A stretch of 63,252 nt of DNA, counting the filler, from Licmophora abbreviata (taxonomy: Eukaryota), in the NCBI GenBank assembly GCA_900291995.1. It is 12 parts of 12 records of this genome, joined end to end, with 100 filler letters (N's around TTAATTAATTAA, not from the genome) between each part and the next. Parts side by side here need not be neighbours in the genome. Positions count along the whole stretch, not along the records: positions 1 to 2,968 come from OLMU01001636.1; positions 3,069 to 4,524 come from OLMU01001638.1; positions 4,625 to 7,235 come from OLMU01001639.1; positions 7,336 to 14,638 come from OLMU01001640.1; 8 more parts are not named here. One strand, 5' to 3'. The notes under the pieces are model-generated. The model was not told where the DNA came from and searched no databases. It was given only the letters and a program-made list of their open reading frames with translations. Shown here piece after piece: positions 1-12,666 of this stretch; positions within the stretch are counted from its first letter, which is position 1, and each line of letters opens with the position of its first letter. The translations under genes were made by a program, and so were the position numbers.

Positions 1-1587
1 CCTCACTCTGGGTGACGACGACGATAGAGGAGACTCTGTACCAAGTAGCATCCCAAGTATGGCTCCAACACTGGCGCCGACCATGGGCCCGTCTGTGACA
101 CCCAGTGGCGCTCCTACGACGGATGGGTTTTCGGTGGTCGCTGCCTTGGTTGAGTCGATCTTTGGAAATGAAACTCTGGAGGATAGCAACTCCCCGCAAT
201 ACCGAGCTGCCTTGTGGATGGCCGAGGTGGACGAGTTGATTGACTATTCAGTTATCGTCAACGTAGACCGATTTGCACAACGATTTGCCGTTGTTGTCTT
301 ATATTACGCAACGGGAGGTGATACGACATGGGAGCGTCAAGCCAATTTCTTATCGCCAACTTCCCATGAATGCGACTGGAACGCTGCGGCGCCATTGAAC
401 ATATCTGCCGTCACTAATCTCGACGGTATAGCTAGCTGTACGACCATCTCGCAAAGCAGAATCGTCACGCTAATTGAATTTTTTGCCAATGGCATGTCGG
501 GAACGCTTCCAAATGAACTCGGTGCTTTGAGTGGTCCTTTGACGCTCTTATTGAACGAGAACAGCATTCAAGGTACTCTTCCCGAGTCGCTCTTCGATAT
601 CCCAGAGTTGTTTGCATTGCAGCTCGCTTTCAACAATTTAACAGGTACCATTCCAACAGAAATCGGTCAAGCGACAGCGTTACTTTCGCTGTGGATTGAA
701 CGCTCCTCAATGACGGGGACGATCCCAACAGAGATTGGTCGCACGGCGATGCAAGCAATGATCCTCGCCACGAATTCCTTCAACGGTACGATACCTAGCA
801 CTCTGCCTCAGCTGACGAACTTAGTAGTTCTGGGTCTCTACGCAAATCGACTGGAAGGCGAGTTTGCGCTGCGACCAGGCGTCCTGCCAAACCTACGCTT
901 TCTGGCCTTACAAGACAACGAGCGCTTGAATGGAACGCTGCCTGAAGATATCGGATCAAGACCTCTTGAGACCTTTGCAATTACAGGCAACAACTTCAGT
1001 GGGTCGATTCCCGAATCTATCCAGCAGTCGACTTCGTTGATGCAATTGCTAGTTGGCAGGAACGCCTTAACAGGCACCATCCCTAACGATTGGAACAATA
1101 TGTCTCAGTCGTTGTCGATCCTCACCATAGATAGCAACCTGCTCACCGGTGCTTTGCCGGAGTCACTGGGAAACCTAACGAATCTCTGGATCTTGGCTGC
1201 TGGTGGAAACTCACTCAACGGAACCCTACCAGCGCGTCTAGGATATGCCATGGAGGGCATTCTCTTTGAAAAGAACCAACTCACTGGCACGGTACCGGAG
1301 TCCTACGGACAGCTCGAGAAACTGAGTGCGTCTTATGAGTTCGCGGTTGCTCCGCTTCATTGCAATTCTCTTTGCCCCGCTGACGCTCTCCTCGTTCTTT
1401 CGCCTTTCTCGCAGGCCTCTTCACAGTAGCCTCAAATATGTTGACGGGAGATATTTCCTTCTTTTGTAATGGTAACGAGACTTTGCGCCCGACGCTGCAG
1501 ACTTTATATGCAGACTGCCTGGGCGAAGTTGTTTGTCCGTGTTGCGAAATTTGTTGCGACAGTGACGACGAATGTGTTGTCAACTAG
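1..1587 (+). CDS. Leucine-rich-repeat (LRR) receptor-like/cell-surface protein, diatom type; 5' truncated by window edge
   Basis: Frame is open from base 2. PT/PS linker, then an SPQYRAALWM...QRFAVVVLYYATGG..W..NFLS..HECDW cap and many plant-type LRRs (LxxNxLxGxIP). Intron 1326-1414 (gtgcgt...gcag) restores the frame to ...LYADCLGEVVCPCCEICCDSDDECVVN*, stop at 1585-1587. Confidence 0.9.
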
Positions 1588-1655
1588 CAACTGGCTACTG
1601 TGTTGGCGGTTTTACAGTAATGGCCTACACCCTTCGAATAAAAGTGATTCTCTAT

Positions 1656-2831
1656 CTAAATGGATGCCTTGGAATATGCCGCCATACTGTTCGTTTCCAA
1701 ACTTTCGCCATCTTCAACACCTTGCATTTGCTCTCGCAAGATTCGTTGCGGGGTACTGAAGCACATTACTTTGTCAAAATTACGAAAGACCGGATCAATC
1801 GGCAGTGCCCACGTCCAATAGGGACCGATTCCAAAAATGTCTACTAGCTCCATTGGTTCCTCAGTGCTAAGATCGGTAGTACCCGTGGCTTTCTTTTTGA
1901 GTCGATCGATCGTTGTGATGCCCGTCATGACTCCGTACGTCACCGCCATGAGCATGCTCGACGTGAATAGCAAGGCGCATATACAAATGACCGTCATGGC
2001 CCGTACCAGCTGCATCAAGACCAAACTGAACATACAGTCTTCAGTCCTACAACCAAAGTAGTTCCATGCGAACAACAGCAGTGCAAAGGCGCTTCCAACC
2101 CATGTATAGCACAAGAACAAGATAAAATGCTTGAGATTCCCTGCACCGATACAATTGTTCATCCAAGGACAGTGGTGATCCATTCTCGATATACACCGAT
2201 TGCAGATGCGACAATGATGAGAAAATGGCGGTTTGTAGCTTTGACAGTGTTTGCACATCATGTGTTGTGTCGTGATGTTAGTCGTCGACTGTAATGGCAC
2301 AGCAGATTGAGGAATGCTTCCGGGATCTGTGAAGGTGGTTTTGGCATGTGATGCCAGCGCCAATCCACAAATTGTATTGTAGAATATCCCCAGGACGACA
2401 TTAAAGTGATGCTGTTGACACAAGAAGGTCACCGTGACGCCGCTATAGACAATCAAGAGCCATACCAGTGCACCCATGAGAGTGCCGGCCTTGTCTAGGA
2501 AATTGAGCCAAATGCCGTCTCCTTCTCGTGTTCCGAATCTGCAGCGCCAGCTAAATTCATTGAAATCGTCTATGTAGTACTGTGGAGCGCCATTCTCGGG
2601 GTCTGGAGAGGAAATGGGCGAGAAAAGTGGACGCGCTGTTCCGCGTAACCCGGCGTGGCAAGAAGAAACGACACGAGCCAACCACGGTCGGCGGTCGGCT
2701 TTTGAAGGGTCCACGTTTGCATTCACGGGTACGGACTCTTCATCACTATATTCTTGAAAGGATGAATCATCCTGACCTGCCGATCGTCGTCGTCTTCCCA
2801 GCAGAGGCGTGGTTTCGCGAGAAGAAGCCAT
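1656..2831 (-). CDS. DHHC-type palmitoyltransferase (protein S-acyltransferase)
   Basis: Cys-rich domain CKHCQSYKPPFSHHCRICNRCISRMDHHCPWMNNCIG, DPG motif, TTxD/E-like motif, four TM segments. Likely start MASSRETT at 2831. Confidence 0.95.
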   Translation of the reverse strand: MASSRETTPLLGRRRRSAGQDDSSFQEYSDEESVPVNANVDPSKADRRPWLARVVSSCHAGLRGTARPLFSPISSPDPENGAPQYYIDDFNEFSWRCRFGTREGDGIWLNFLDKAGTLMGALVWLLIVYSGVTVTFLCQQHHFNVVLGIFYNTICGLALASHAKTTFTDPGSIPQSAVPLQSTTNITTQHMMCKHCQSYKPPFSHHCRICNRCISRMDHHCPWMNNCIGAGNLKHFILFLCYTWVGSAFALLLFAWNYFGCRTEDCMFSLVLMQLVRAMTVICICALLFTSSMLMAVTYGVMTGITTIDRLKKKATGTTDLSTEEPMELVDIFGIGPYWTWALPIDPVFRNFDKVMCFSTPQRILREQMQGVEDGESLETNSMAAYSKASI

Positions 2832-2968
2832 GGTCAGCAAAGGGTGTTCTGAAGTATGTGAAACAAGGAAAATTGAAAATTGAAAATTGAATACTCTGAC
2901 GCGAGTTCTATTCGTGGCGCGCGTTTTTATAAACACGCGAGGAGCTCGAAATGGACGCGGACCGCGGT

Positions 2969-3068
2969 NNNNNNNNNNNNNNNNNNNNNNNNNNNNNNNN
3001 NNNNNNNNNNNNTTAATTAATTAANNNNNNNNNNNNNNNNNNNNNNNNNNNNNNNNNNNNNNNNNNNN
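2969..3068. other. Artificial scaffold linker N44-TTAATTAATTAA-N44 (stops in all six frames); first of 11
   Basis: Identical 100-nt linkers at 2969-3068, 4525-4624, 7236-7335, 14639-14738, 18818-18917, 24444-24543, 29303-29402, 40005-40104, 57945-58044, 60123-60222 and 61877-61976. Confidence 0.98.
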
Positions 3069-4346
3069 GTATGCATTGTCGTCAGGTTCATTCTTTTCCG
3101 ACTCCTGTATAATCAGCACGTTTCCTTCCCCTTCTGGATTGCAATTCTCGCCGGGGGAGCCATAGATACCGCCAAGGCCTATGCCAGGCCCCGGATGAGG
3201 GCAAACCGCGTTGGGACTTCCTAGATCCGTGTCGTCAGTGACGTGCTGCGAGCTATCGAAGATTCTGGCCTTTCCCATGGGCGTGTAGCCACCATCAGTT
3301 GAGCTGGCCAACAATATCATCCCGTACCGGGAATACCATTCCATGCTTACATAGTCGCCATGCTTGAGTGGAAGGCCGGTATCTGGATCGACGGAGAAGT
3401 CGATGTAGACCTCTGGTGAAGAGCAGGTGTTTGGCGTCGGTTTCAAAGTTTCTGGCATCGTTGGAACCATCGTTGGCGGTTTCGTTGGAAACATCGTTGG
3501 TGGTTTCGTTAGCGGCTCAGCTGGAGGTGCTGTTGGTTTGGCAGGCACTGGTGCTAGGGTGGGCGTATCGCATTCACCCGGACAGTACGCCAGGTATCGG
3601 ACGCCAACCGACTTGGCGACAACTAGTGTCACGCTTTCAACATTGTTCGCGTTATCGAACGTCTCGTCTTGAATGGAGTTATCTCCCTTGCCGTAGATGC
3701 CTTGCATTGTGTCTGTTGATGTCGTTTTGATATGGAAATAGTCAGTCTCAACGCGTTCGAGGTCCATTAGTCCAATTGCGATTAGTTTCTGTGCGGGACA
3801 CGTGAAGGCGAAAGAGAGGCTACCCCCGTAAGCATTGTCGTCCGGTTCCGCCTTTTGGGATTCTTGGATTATGAGAATATTCCCTTCTCCGTTGGGATTG
3901 CAATTTTCACCACTTTGCCCGTGGATACCTCCGTATCCGACACCTGGCCCAGGAATAGGGCATTCTGCGTTAGGACTGGCAAGATCGGCATCCTCGGTTC
4001 CATACAATGTGGTGTCAAAAATACGAGCCTGGCCATAGGGTGTGTACCCACCGTCAGTGGAGGATGCCGTGATCCGTAGACCATACTCTCTTAGCCACTG
4101 CTTGCTCACGTAATCGCCGTGTTTGAGTGGCATGCCCGTGTCTGGGTCGACCGAGAAGTCAATGTAAACTTGAGATGATGTAGGACAGTCGCTGAGCAGC
4201 TGTCGATGACTACTATCAAGATCTTCAGAAGATTGATCGTATGATTGTTGAGACTTTCGAAGTATCCCATGAACCATCTCATGCATCATGGCGGAGAGTG
4301 CGAAGACAAGGCAGAAGGCCGGTACCATTTTCGTGAGGAAGAACAT
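3069..4346 (-). CDS. Secreted tandem-repeat-domain protein (putative cell-wall/extracellular); 3' end lost in gap
   Basis: Signal-peptide-like MVPAFCLVFALSAMMHEMVHG, RXL-type site HRQL, two copies of a domain starting VYIDFSVDPDTGxPLKHGDYVS...ARIFD...DLxSPN..CPxPGPGxGxGG...NCNPxGEGNxLIIQES..EPDDNAY, joined by a KPPTMxPT Pro/Thr linker. Confidence 0.8.
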
Positions 4347-4983
4347 CGTGGTGCAGCCTCCAAATTGTGAGCAATTGTGAGGAGATGTCGACGAGGCGAA
4401 GTTTGATGGAAGAGCGACAGCAGCGGCACCGTTCGGCTTCACCTGGATGTCGTTTCGCAAGTCTGCGGAGAAATGAGCTCAGGGATCTACCGAGTTGTCG
4501 CGAGTGGTGAGTGATGTTGAATGANNNNNNNNNNNNNNNNNNNNNNNNNNNNNNNNNNNNNNNNNNNNTTAATTAATTAANNNNNNNNNNNNNNNNNNNN
4601 NNNNNNNNNNNNNNNNNNNNNNNNGATATTTATGGATGTCACTCTAAGGAAATACTGCTATGATATTTGTTTATGATATAATACGTCATATACGAGTATT
4701 AAGTTCTTTTTGGAACAACATGCCAGGCTCTGACGTCATACGAGACTGCCTTTTCGGAATCGTGACTGGACGTGCACTCAACTTCGAAACTGCGTGGCAA
4801 AGGTCAAAAGGTCAGACGGCATGAGCTCTGTTTCCGGTGATGATGTGATGCTGGTTTCGTCCACGCCGATGATTAGATGATGGATGATGCTGTACCGGTA
4901 CCGGTACCGTGAATGTATGCTTACTGTGGTGCTGTGATATCAATGCGAAACTGCTAGTCTACCCTGCGCCTCTGCTACCCACC

Positions 4984-6740
4984 ATGAGCTCTCCGTTTGT
5001 CTTGCTAAGGGCCTCTCGTGGAGCGCTTGCTGTGGCGAGTACAGCTGGGGCAGCGACATGCGCAGTGATTTGGAATTACAGTGAAATTGCGAAAGCAAGT
5101 TTGGAGGCAGAGGCTAGTATGACGACTGACCCAGCCTCGAAGTCGTCGGCAACTGATTTTCGGATCGAAGTGGACTTGATGGATAAGATAGCCAATAAAT
5201 CCTACTTGAATCCTACGACTTCATCCACCGTCAAGTCCGAATCCGCCTCCAGGCCGCGGCACCGCCCCAAAGGCGTGCCACGACGCATTCGGATACTCTC
5301 ACTCGACGTTCCGGAAATGCGACAACAAGCTTTCGATGGCGAATGCCGAGTCAATCTACACAAGGTCTTTGAAGACGGCACGGCACCACCCAAAAAGGTC
5401 CGCAGGAGCAGGGATGAGAACGATGATTTGGTAGTCATGCAAAAGTCCCTCGCGACTGCGCTCACCAAGTGTCGGACGCATACGAGCAAGCGCATTGGCG
5501 TGGAATTACTGGAAGGATCGGTTGCCCATCTCAATCCGCACAATATGCGACGAACCCATCAGTTTGGGAATCTGTATCGATTTGATCCTGGAAAGTATAG
5601 TACGAAACGACGACAAGTCGCGGGATGGGAGGCAGAGAGTAGTGAGGCATCGGTCGACGATGAGCGTGGCCAAGACGTAGATGGAGACCAGAACGAGGCG
5701 TCCCGAAAGAAGAAGACCAGGTCGTCCATTGACAAAGAAACCGACGGTGAGGGTCTGGTTCTGGCTACTGAAGAGGACGAGTTTGACGCTCCATGGCATC
5801 AGTATGCCTGGATTCAGGAAATGGAGCTAAGAGTACGTTCTTTGAAAAATTATGGAGCGATGCGAATCTTCGTTTGTGGGTGTGTCACTGACACGTTTCG
5901 CTTGTTCAACCCCACTATTCACCTCTATTAGATTCACGGTCGGGTTGCCTTTGGCGAACCCATGCAACCCTCGTCTCGTTTCTCTCGAATACTCAAGGTA
6001 CGGTCTACAAGTCCACTATCCCATCTCGGCGTTCACTCTACGAATGGTTCTTTCCTCCATTTCTGCATCGCGATCCGGCCGGCATTGATGGCTCCACACC
6101 GCCCACCAACTGGGCCAGCCAAAAGCCCCATGCCGTCATTGCTGACGGTGCTGCCATGCAACGTGTGCCGGGCTCTCTTCGATTTCTGCAGCGCACCTGT
6201 GAAGATGCGAATGTGCCTCTTTACATTATTCACGATCCCCGCGTGTGGGGAGGCAACACACATCAAGATTTGGAGGAAGCATTGCGAGATATGCGAAAGA
6301 CGATCAAACAGAACATTGTGACCAACGCCATGCAGGCAGGCGGAAGCTCCTTTTCACGAGGGCGTTTACTTGGACAAATGGAAACAGAAGCGCAATGGCA
6401 GGCGAAGGATATGGGACGACGAACCAGACAGGCAGTGCGCGATGCGAACGAAAAGCTCAGACGTGAAAGAGAAAACGACTGGAGCAAGCTCGATGCACAG
6501 GCGCTAGAAAAGAAACTCATGGAGCGACGTGTTGTTAGTACCAAAAGCAAGGACACTAAGACGAGGGACAAAAGCGATGGACCTTCACGGGAGACTCAGA
6601 GACTCGAATACTCGACCGGGTTGTTGGATTTAGCGCGCAGGTGCATCGCCTCAAACGAGGATCGCATGACTTCAGAAACGGCCAATGCGGTGGAAAGCGG
6701 TGGTATCGAGCCCATTGCTCCACCGGGGACGGAACGATGA
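4984..6740 (+). CDS. Hypothetical protein, possibly mitochondrion-targeted; contains an apparent 1-nt deletion
   Basis: ATG 4984; intron 5833-5931 (gtacgt...ttag); frame continues [21 protein letters not shown], then needs a shift at ~5995 (ctc aa ggt) into GTVYKSTIP...[20 protein letters not shown], stop at 6740. Confidence 0.65.
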
Positions 6741-6876
6741 ACGGATACACTAGTGTGATATTATATAATCCTGCAGCACCAATAGGTATAGACTGCTAGT
6801 ATATCATTGCAATCGCTAGCGAGAGTACGACGTGAAGGCTCTCGAGGAACGGAAAATAGACCCGACGATCGGGTCA

Positions 6877-8706
6877 TCAGGCCCCGTCGCCTTTCTTCTT
6901 ACCCTTCTTCGATGCCACCTCTTCCCAAACATCTTCCATCGTCTCCGGTTCGTCCATAGCGTTCAGAGCTCCTTCCTCACGCTGGATCTGCAAGGCGAAG
7001 GCTTCCTCTTCCTGTTGAAGCTGCTGGGCAAGGGCTTCGTCGTTCGCCATCGAAGCAGGTTCCGCGGGATCTTTCTGTTGCTGAGGAGGCTTAGCGAGAG
7101 ATTTCTCCGTCTTTCGATTCGATTTACTCGATTTCGACATTGTCTTCTGGGGCTTTGGGGTAGCGGAAGCTGAAGCTGAAGGGAGGTCACTTTCGGTAGT
7201 CGAACTCGGTCCATGTTCCGCCATCACAGGAGATGNNNNNNNNNNNNNNNNNNNNNNNNNNNNNNNNNNNNNNNNNNNNTTAATTAATTAANNNNNNNNN
7301 NNNNNNNNNNNNNNNNNNNNNNNNNNNNNNNNNNNATTCGATTTACTCGATTTCGACATTGTCTTCTGGGGCTTTGGGGTAGCGGAAGCTGAAGCTGAAG
7401 CTGAAGGGAGGTCACTTTCGGTAGTCGAACTCGGTCCATTTTCCGCCATCCCAGGAGATGCGAGTGAGGTTGTCGTGGCCGTCTCGTCGGCCGTTGGGGC
7501 TGCGATAACTGACTGGGGCTCCAATGCAGTGCTCTCACCCGTCGACGTGTCTTGAGTAGGCTTGGATACTGCGTCAGTAGCTTCTTGAACACTTGCTTTC
7601 TCAAGCGCAAACGAAGCGTTGGCAGGTTTCTTCTTGCCCTTGCCGTTCCTCATCGTCTGGGTCTCGCTGGGCGCAACTACGGCCTTGTCGGCAGCTGCTT
7701 TGCTGGACTTTCCCACCGTTTTCCATCCCAAAGTATCCTCCACAATCGGCTCTTCCTCCACTCTGGTGGACAACAGCGGAGCCATGTGCTGAGCGTTGTT
7801 GTGCATCTCTACTTCCGGCTCCGTCGTCAAATCTGCCGTAGAAGAGTCATCGGTAGCCACCGACTCAGGCGACTGCCTCGCCTGATCGTTGACAGCAGAT
7901 GCATTTCCCTCTGACTTGTCTGTTTTTTTTGCTTGCCGGAGCTTCTTTTTCTTCGTACTGCTGGTACGACTCGACGACTTCTTGACGTCCATCGCCGAAG
8001 ACTCTGACGCAGTAAGCAACTCGACCAGCTCCTCCTCGATCGGCGTCACAACTTCCACCCTCTCCTTGACTGGGGCTGCGCGGGGTTTTGCCGCTGTGGT
8101 GCCCTTTTTTCCTTTCTGCTTGTATCCTCTCTTGTCAACGATCTTCTTTTGCTTTTTCTTCTTCTTTTCGTGCTGCGGCGTCGCCGACGACGGTCCGATG
8201 AGGTTCTTTCGAAGCTGGTATAAACCGAATAGAAGAAGAACCAGTAAAATAATCCACTGTTTGACGGGAATACCCTCCTTCATGAGTGACTGCAAGTGGT
8301 CAGGATATCCCTCTAGAGTTTCGTGTTCCGCAAGTCGCTCCTTGTCCAGCATGGCCTTGTACATGGCGGCCATTTCCGGATTCTCTTGTATCGCCCGATG
8401 CATTGCTTCCTCGTCCGATTCTCCCAAGTCACTCATGGTGAGTTTCGACGGAGGAATGCCACTCGCCGCACGCTCCCTCGAGGCCGTGCGCTGCTCCCTC
8501 GGAGCCGACGACCGAGGTGCGGCCTCGTGCGGTTGCTGCTGTTGGGCCGAGGATGGAGGAATCGTCAATCTGGTGGGATCGTCTACTTTGATATCCAGGG
8601 AAGACGCCTTTGTGGATGGAGATTCCCCCATCTCCTTCTGAGATCCTCCTACTGCATCGCCCTGTTGTTCGTCGACCGTCGTGGTGAGGGGGGGAACGAG
8701 TTTCAT
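6877..8706 (-). CDS. Hypothetical single-pass membrane protein with Lys-rich disordered tail and MIU/UIM-like C-terminal motif; split by a gap
   Basis: ORF 8706->7336 has a TM segment (WIILLVLLLFGLYQL) and poly-K tracts. Its last ~120 nt are repeated on the other side of the gap and continue to DEALAQQLQQEEE...WEEVASKKGKKKGDGA* at 6877. Confidence 0.75.
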
Positions 8707-9826
8707 GATTCGAAAAAGGCGTGTCTAGAACGAAAAGAAAGACAGTCACTGCGCAGTCATGGACTGAAAATAGAAAGAGAAGAACACACGGACTACTGTG
8801 AGAGTCAAGACAGACCTCTGCCTCCCTCCCGACAATGGCGACAATTCAATATAGAGTGGAGAGAGTCGAGTCGAGTCGAGTCTCCCCTCGAAAGAACGAT
8901 CTTGCGACATTCCACGTGTCCTCCGTAGACAAGTAGGATCTGTCAGGGGACATGATCCGAAACTCCCCTGTCAAGTCATTTCAGCTTTTTCTTCCTTTCT
9001 CCTCTTCCACCACATACACGCTCCTTTCGATAGCCCTACTAGACGTGCATTCCATCCACACACACGCACCTCCAAAACGCGAATGGCACAAACACAGACA
9101 CACACACTCGGAACGCGATCAAGCGAAACGAAACCACGCGCGTAACAGAGTAAGCAGCATCGCCTACCTGCGCATTTTATTCATTTAGTGATATCGTACA
9201 GTCAGATATGAAAGATACCCTCTTCGCAGTACTGCATCCACGTACAATTCCCGTACGACGATTGCGCTCGACCGGGTGACGACGCACAGAAGGCTAGACT
9301 GTTGTCGTTGACATACGTCATCGACCTACCACAAACTTGACGCTGGTCTGAGGAAAGTAGGGGTGGGTTATTGACTATCCAAATATACACGGTAGGGAGG
9401 TCTAGTCTGCCGGTAGAGACTTCTATGATGTCAGCCTCATCATGTCGGTTTTTCTAGGCAGGTATAGCATCCTCTTTCCTGTTGCCCCAATAGACAAGTA
9501 CTACCGGTGCCGATACTGTCAACTGCACCTTGTAATCCGTACGACTGGAGCAAGATACTTCTAACGTGGAGTATAAAATAGTACGCAGCATGACGGTGGC
9601 TTTCATATGTACACAAGTAGTTTGATATTTGCTCGTTTTCTATCTCACAAGGTGTTATTCGATTGATTTTAGGGCGACGTCGGTAAGCTTGAATGGTGTC
9701 GCTATCGAGAAATCTCTCTCTTTTTTTTTGAGTTGTTGTGGTGCATCCGTCACGAGAAAAGATGTATGGCTGCAAAACCCCAAAGCTCGTACTCTTTTTT
9801 TCTTCATATTACTAGAAAAAAGGAGA

Positions 9827-11592
9827 TTACTTTTTGCGCGTAATCACGGCATGCGTCAACCGTACCAGGGCGTCCCGTGCCTCCGATTGAGGGAGACGCA
9901 ATATGGCATCCACCGCTCGCTGTTTAGAACAAAAGACAAGAGTGGCAAATAAATAGAAACAGAATGAGGTAAGCAAACGAAACAAATGATCGGGCGCGTA
10001 ACGGGTTAAACAAGGTGCGTGTGTGAAGAAGTCCAAACTATGTTTCGTACCTGAGCGTGAAAACTGGCCAAAGTCTTGGCCTTATCCATTGCAGTTTCGC
10101 TCTTGTACAGAGCTTCCAGTGCAGCTTGCTTGTCACCCTTTTTCTTGAACCTCCGCATCACGAGCGGCCTCAGGGCAGGATATTCTTGCGCCGCGTACAG
10201 GATCGGAGCAGTACTCAGTCCCAAATCCATGTCTGCGAGCGCCGGCTTGCCCAATACGGTTGCAGCCGCCGTAAAGTCCAGAATATCGTCCTGGATTTGG
10301 TACGCGAGTCCCAAGTGGAAACCAAACTCTTCGCACGCCGTCGCGACGGTCGAGTCGTAGGCGTGACCGCCGAGCAGCGCAGTCGACCGGCAAGCATAGC
10401 AAATGAGAGATGCAGTCTTGTAGTAGGACTTGCGCAAGTACGTTTCCATCTCCAACAGTGACTCTGCGGGACTCTTCAACTGCATAATTTCTCCAGCCAC
10501 GAGCGATTCCAAGGCGGTCGCCATTATTTGCACAACCGCCGTGTTCTCCAACCGAGCCAGCAAGACAGACGCGCGAGCAAGCAAATAGTCACCAGCCAAG
10601 ACGGCAACCTTGTTCGAGTAAAGCTTGTGCACCGCCTCTCCACCACGGCGCGTCTCGGCCTCATCCAACACGTCGTCATGAATCAACGAGGCGACATGAA
10701 TCATCTCTACAATCTGTCCAAGCTGTGCTTGGCGACGCCATACGTCCGATCCCTTATGGTTGGACTGTGTGATGACACCACCCTCGACCTCCACGGCCGA
10801 AGCACCGCTCCATTGCCAACCGGCAGCACTGCCCGGCATTTTGTGTTTGCTCTCATGATCCGAGGACACATGCTCTGCCTTTGTATCTCCGTTCGCGCCA
10901 TTAACTTTCGATTCCAGCGTCTCGGGAGTAGAGGCCGCCACTGCCTTGGCGACGAGCTGCACAATAGTCGGGCGGAATCGCTTTCCATGTCGCTTCTCGA
11001 AAAAGTGTTTGGCAGCCATGGAGAGAATGGGCTGATCGGTCGAGACGAGTTCCTTGATGGAATCGCTAAAGGGCTGCAGTTCCTTTTCAACCATCTTGAA
11101 GGGGTCCGGTAGGCTTTCAATCTTCTTGGATCCACCGAGGCCTTTGTATCCAGACATGTCGAGTCCCGCAAGAGTGTCCTTCTTGTTCTCCTCGGATGTC
11201 TGGAGGGCCGTCGCGTCGCGCAGGGCGTTGCCGCTCATTTGAGCGGGGTCCGTCCCACCCTCTTGAGGAGTCAAGAGTTGAAACAACTCAAAGCTAGGAG
11301 TGAGTTTCATGGTGGTGGCCGAGTGGCTCAGTGCTTCCGCTTCGGCCGACACAACGACGGGGTTGCTTTTGGGACGATGGGAGTGGCTGTCTCCGTTGAC
11401 GCGCGTAGTTTCCTTCTTGTCGGGTGCAGCAGTGGACATGTTCAGGTGAGTCGTCGTCGTCGTCGTCGTTGACCGGACTGCGGTCGTTGTCCGTGGTGAC
11501 ATGGTAAAGGCGTGTGCTGAAGGAGAAAGGACAGCAGCCGCCAGTACGACGACGACTGCTGTCAGCGAGACGAGGTATCTGCTCCCCGTCAT
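9827..11592 (-). CDS. Plastid-targeted solanesyl/long-chain trans-prenyl diphosphate synthase
   Basis: GKRFRP, first Asp-rich motif EMIHVASLIHDDVLD..TRRG, KTASL, second motif YQIQDDILD..GKP. Signal peptide ending SAHA-F. Intron 9920-10050 joins the last exon RAVDAILRLPQSEARDALVRLTHAVITRKK*. Start may instead be 11652. Confidence 0.9.
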
Positions 11593-12666
11593 CCCTCTGC
11601 TTGAATTGGATGAACCATTCGAAAAGTCAGTATTTCTAGATGCTTTCGACATGATGATGACGATGACTCTTGAGACTGTCATGGAAAGAGGGAGAAGACA
11701 AAGAATGCAGTGTGTGAGTAAAACAGAATTCAAAAGGCTGACAAAAGAGCTGTAGAGCGAGGATAGGTATATGCAAACTCGGAGCAAGAAATCTGGCCTA
11801 GTCCCTTCCTTGGATTGATCCAGTGTGATACGATCGATGCATGGATTACAGTGTCATTCTTGGATCGACACTTAGACATTCTTGCTCTGTCCCACAAAAC
11901 ACCTTGCAGTTACAGTCTCCCCCAGGATGCTCCTGCCATCACCATCACTGAACACCAGACATTTCTTTTTCGCTATCCTTCGCCCTAAGTTCAAAGTGTC
12001 TCCCCTCACTCACTCCCTCACTCACTCACTCCCTCGCAACACCGTACCTGTCAAAAATAAGAGTAGCACAGAACAGTACTCTCGAAAGACACTAATTTAT
12101 AAAGAAACCTTTTGCTGCGCACAACAAGTTCTAGAAAAGACGATCGCCCTTGACGAGTCAGTCGGATTCGATGATGATTATCTTTGTGGCAACAAGCAGC
12201 TCGTTTTTCTGCGGTGTCACGCGACGAGGAATGCTGTTCGATTGCAGTTGAGTGTGTGCCAACACAGAGTCCTGCCAGAACGCCGTCGTCGTCGCTCCTC
12301 TCTCTCTCGCTGCCTCATCATCTCCGCTTACGTGTTGCATCCCTAGCGTGGTGGGGACCATTCCATCTCGTACAAATCTACGGGATAGGTACAACACGTC
12401 ATCGGGGACAGCTCCAATTTCTTGTCGAACTATTTAGTATTTTTCAATTAATAGTACACGTCATAGTGTCTTTACGGCTTAAGATGGCTATCCGTCTGGC
12501 ATTCGGTCGGCAAAACTCATCTCAATGACAGATCTGACTTTCCAAAGTCGTATGATAAATTGTAAATTGTAAATTGAACAAGAACAACAAATCCATCGGA
12601 TGAACGGCCTTTTTCTGTGTTTGATGGTTGTCCCTTCTCTAGTATCATCCTAGAAGAAACTTGATC

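Noticed and set aside
3013..3024. Recurring TTAATTAATTAA palindrome (11 copies) as a repeat, CRISPR or mobile-element end
   Set aside because: Always centred in exactly 44+44 Ns; a synthetic six-frame-stop linker.
8930..9826. Short ORFs in the intergenic region (e.g. 9440-9775, 9629-9952)
   Set aside because: No coding-like composition, motifs or consistent splice structure.
12004..12034. CTCA/CTCC microsatellite, plus short tandem repeats at ~2869-2891, ~4892-4909, ~8863-8882, ~12556-12578 and ~60223-60254
   Set aside because: Short low-complexity intergenic repeats with no spacers or supportable function.
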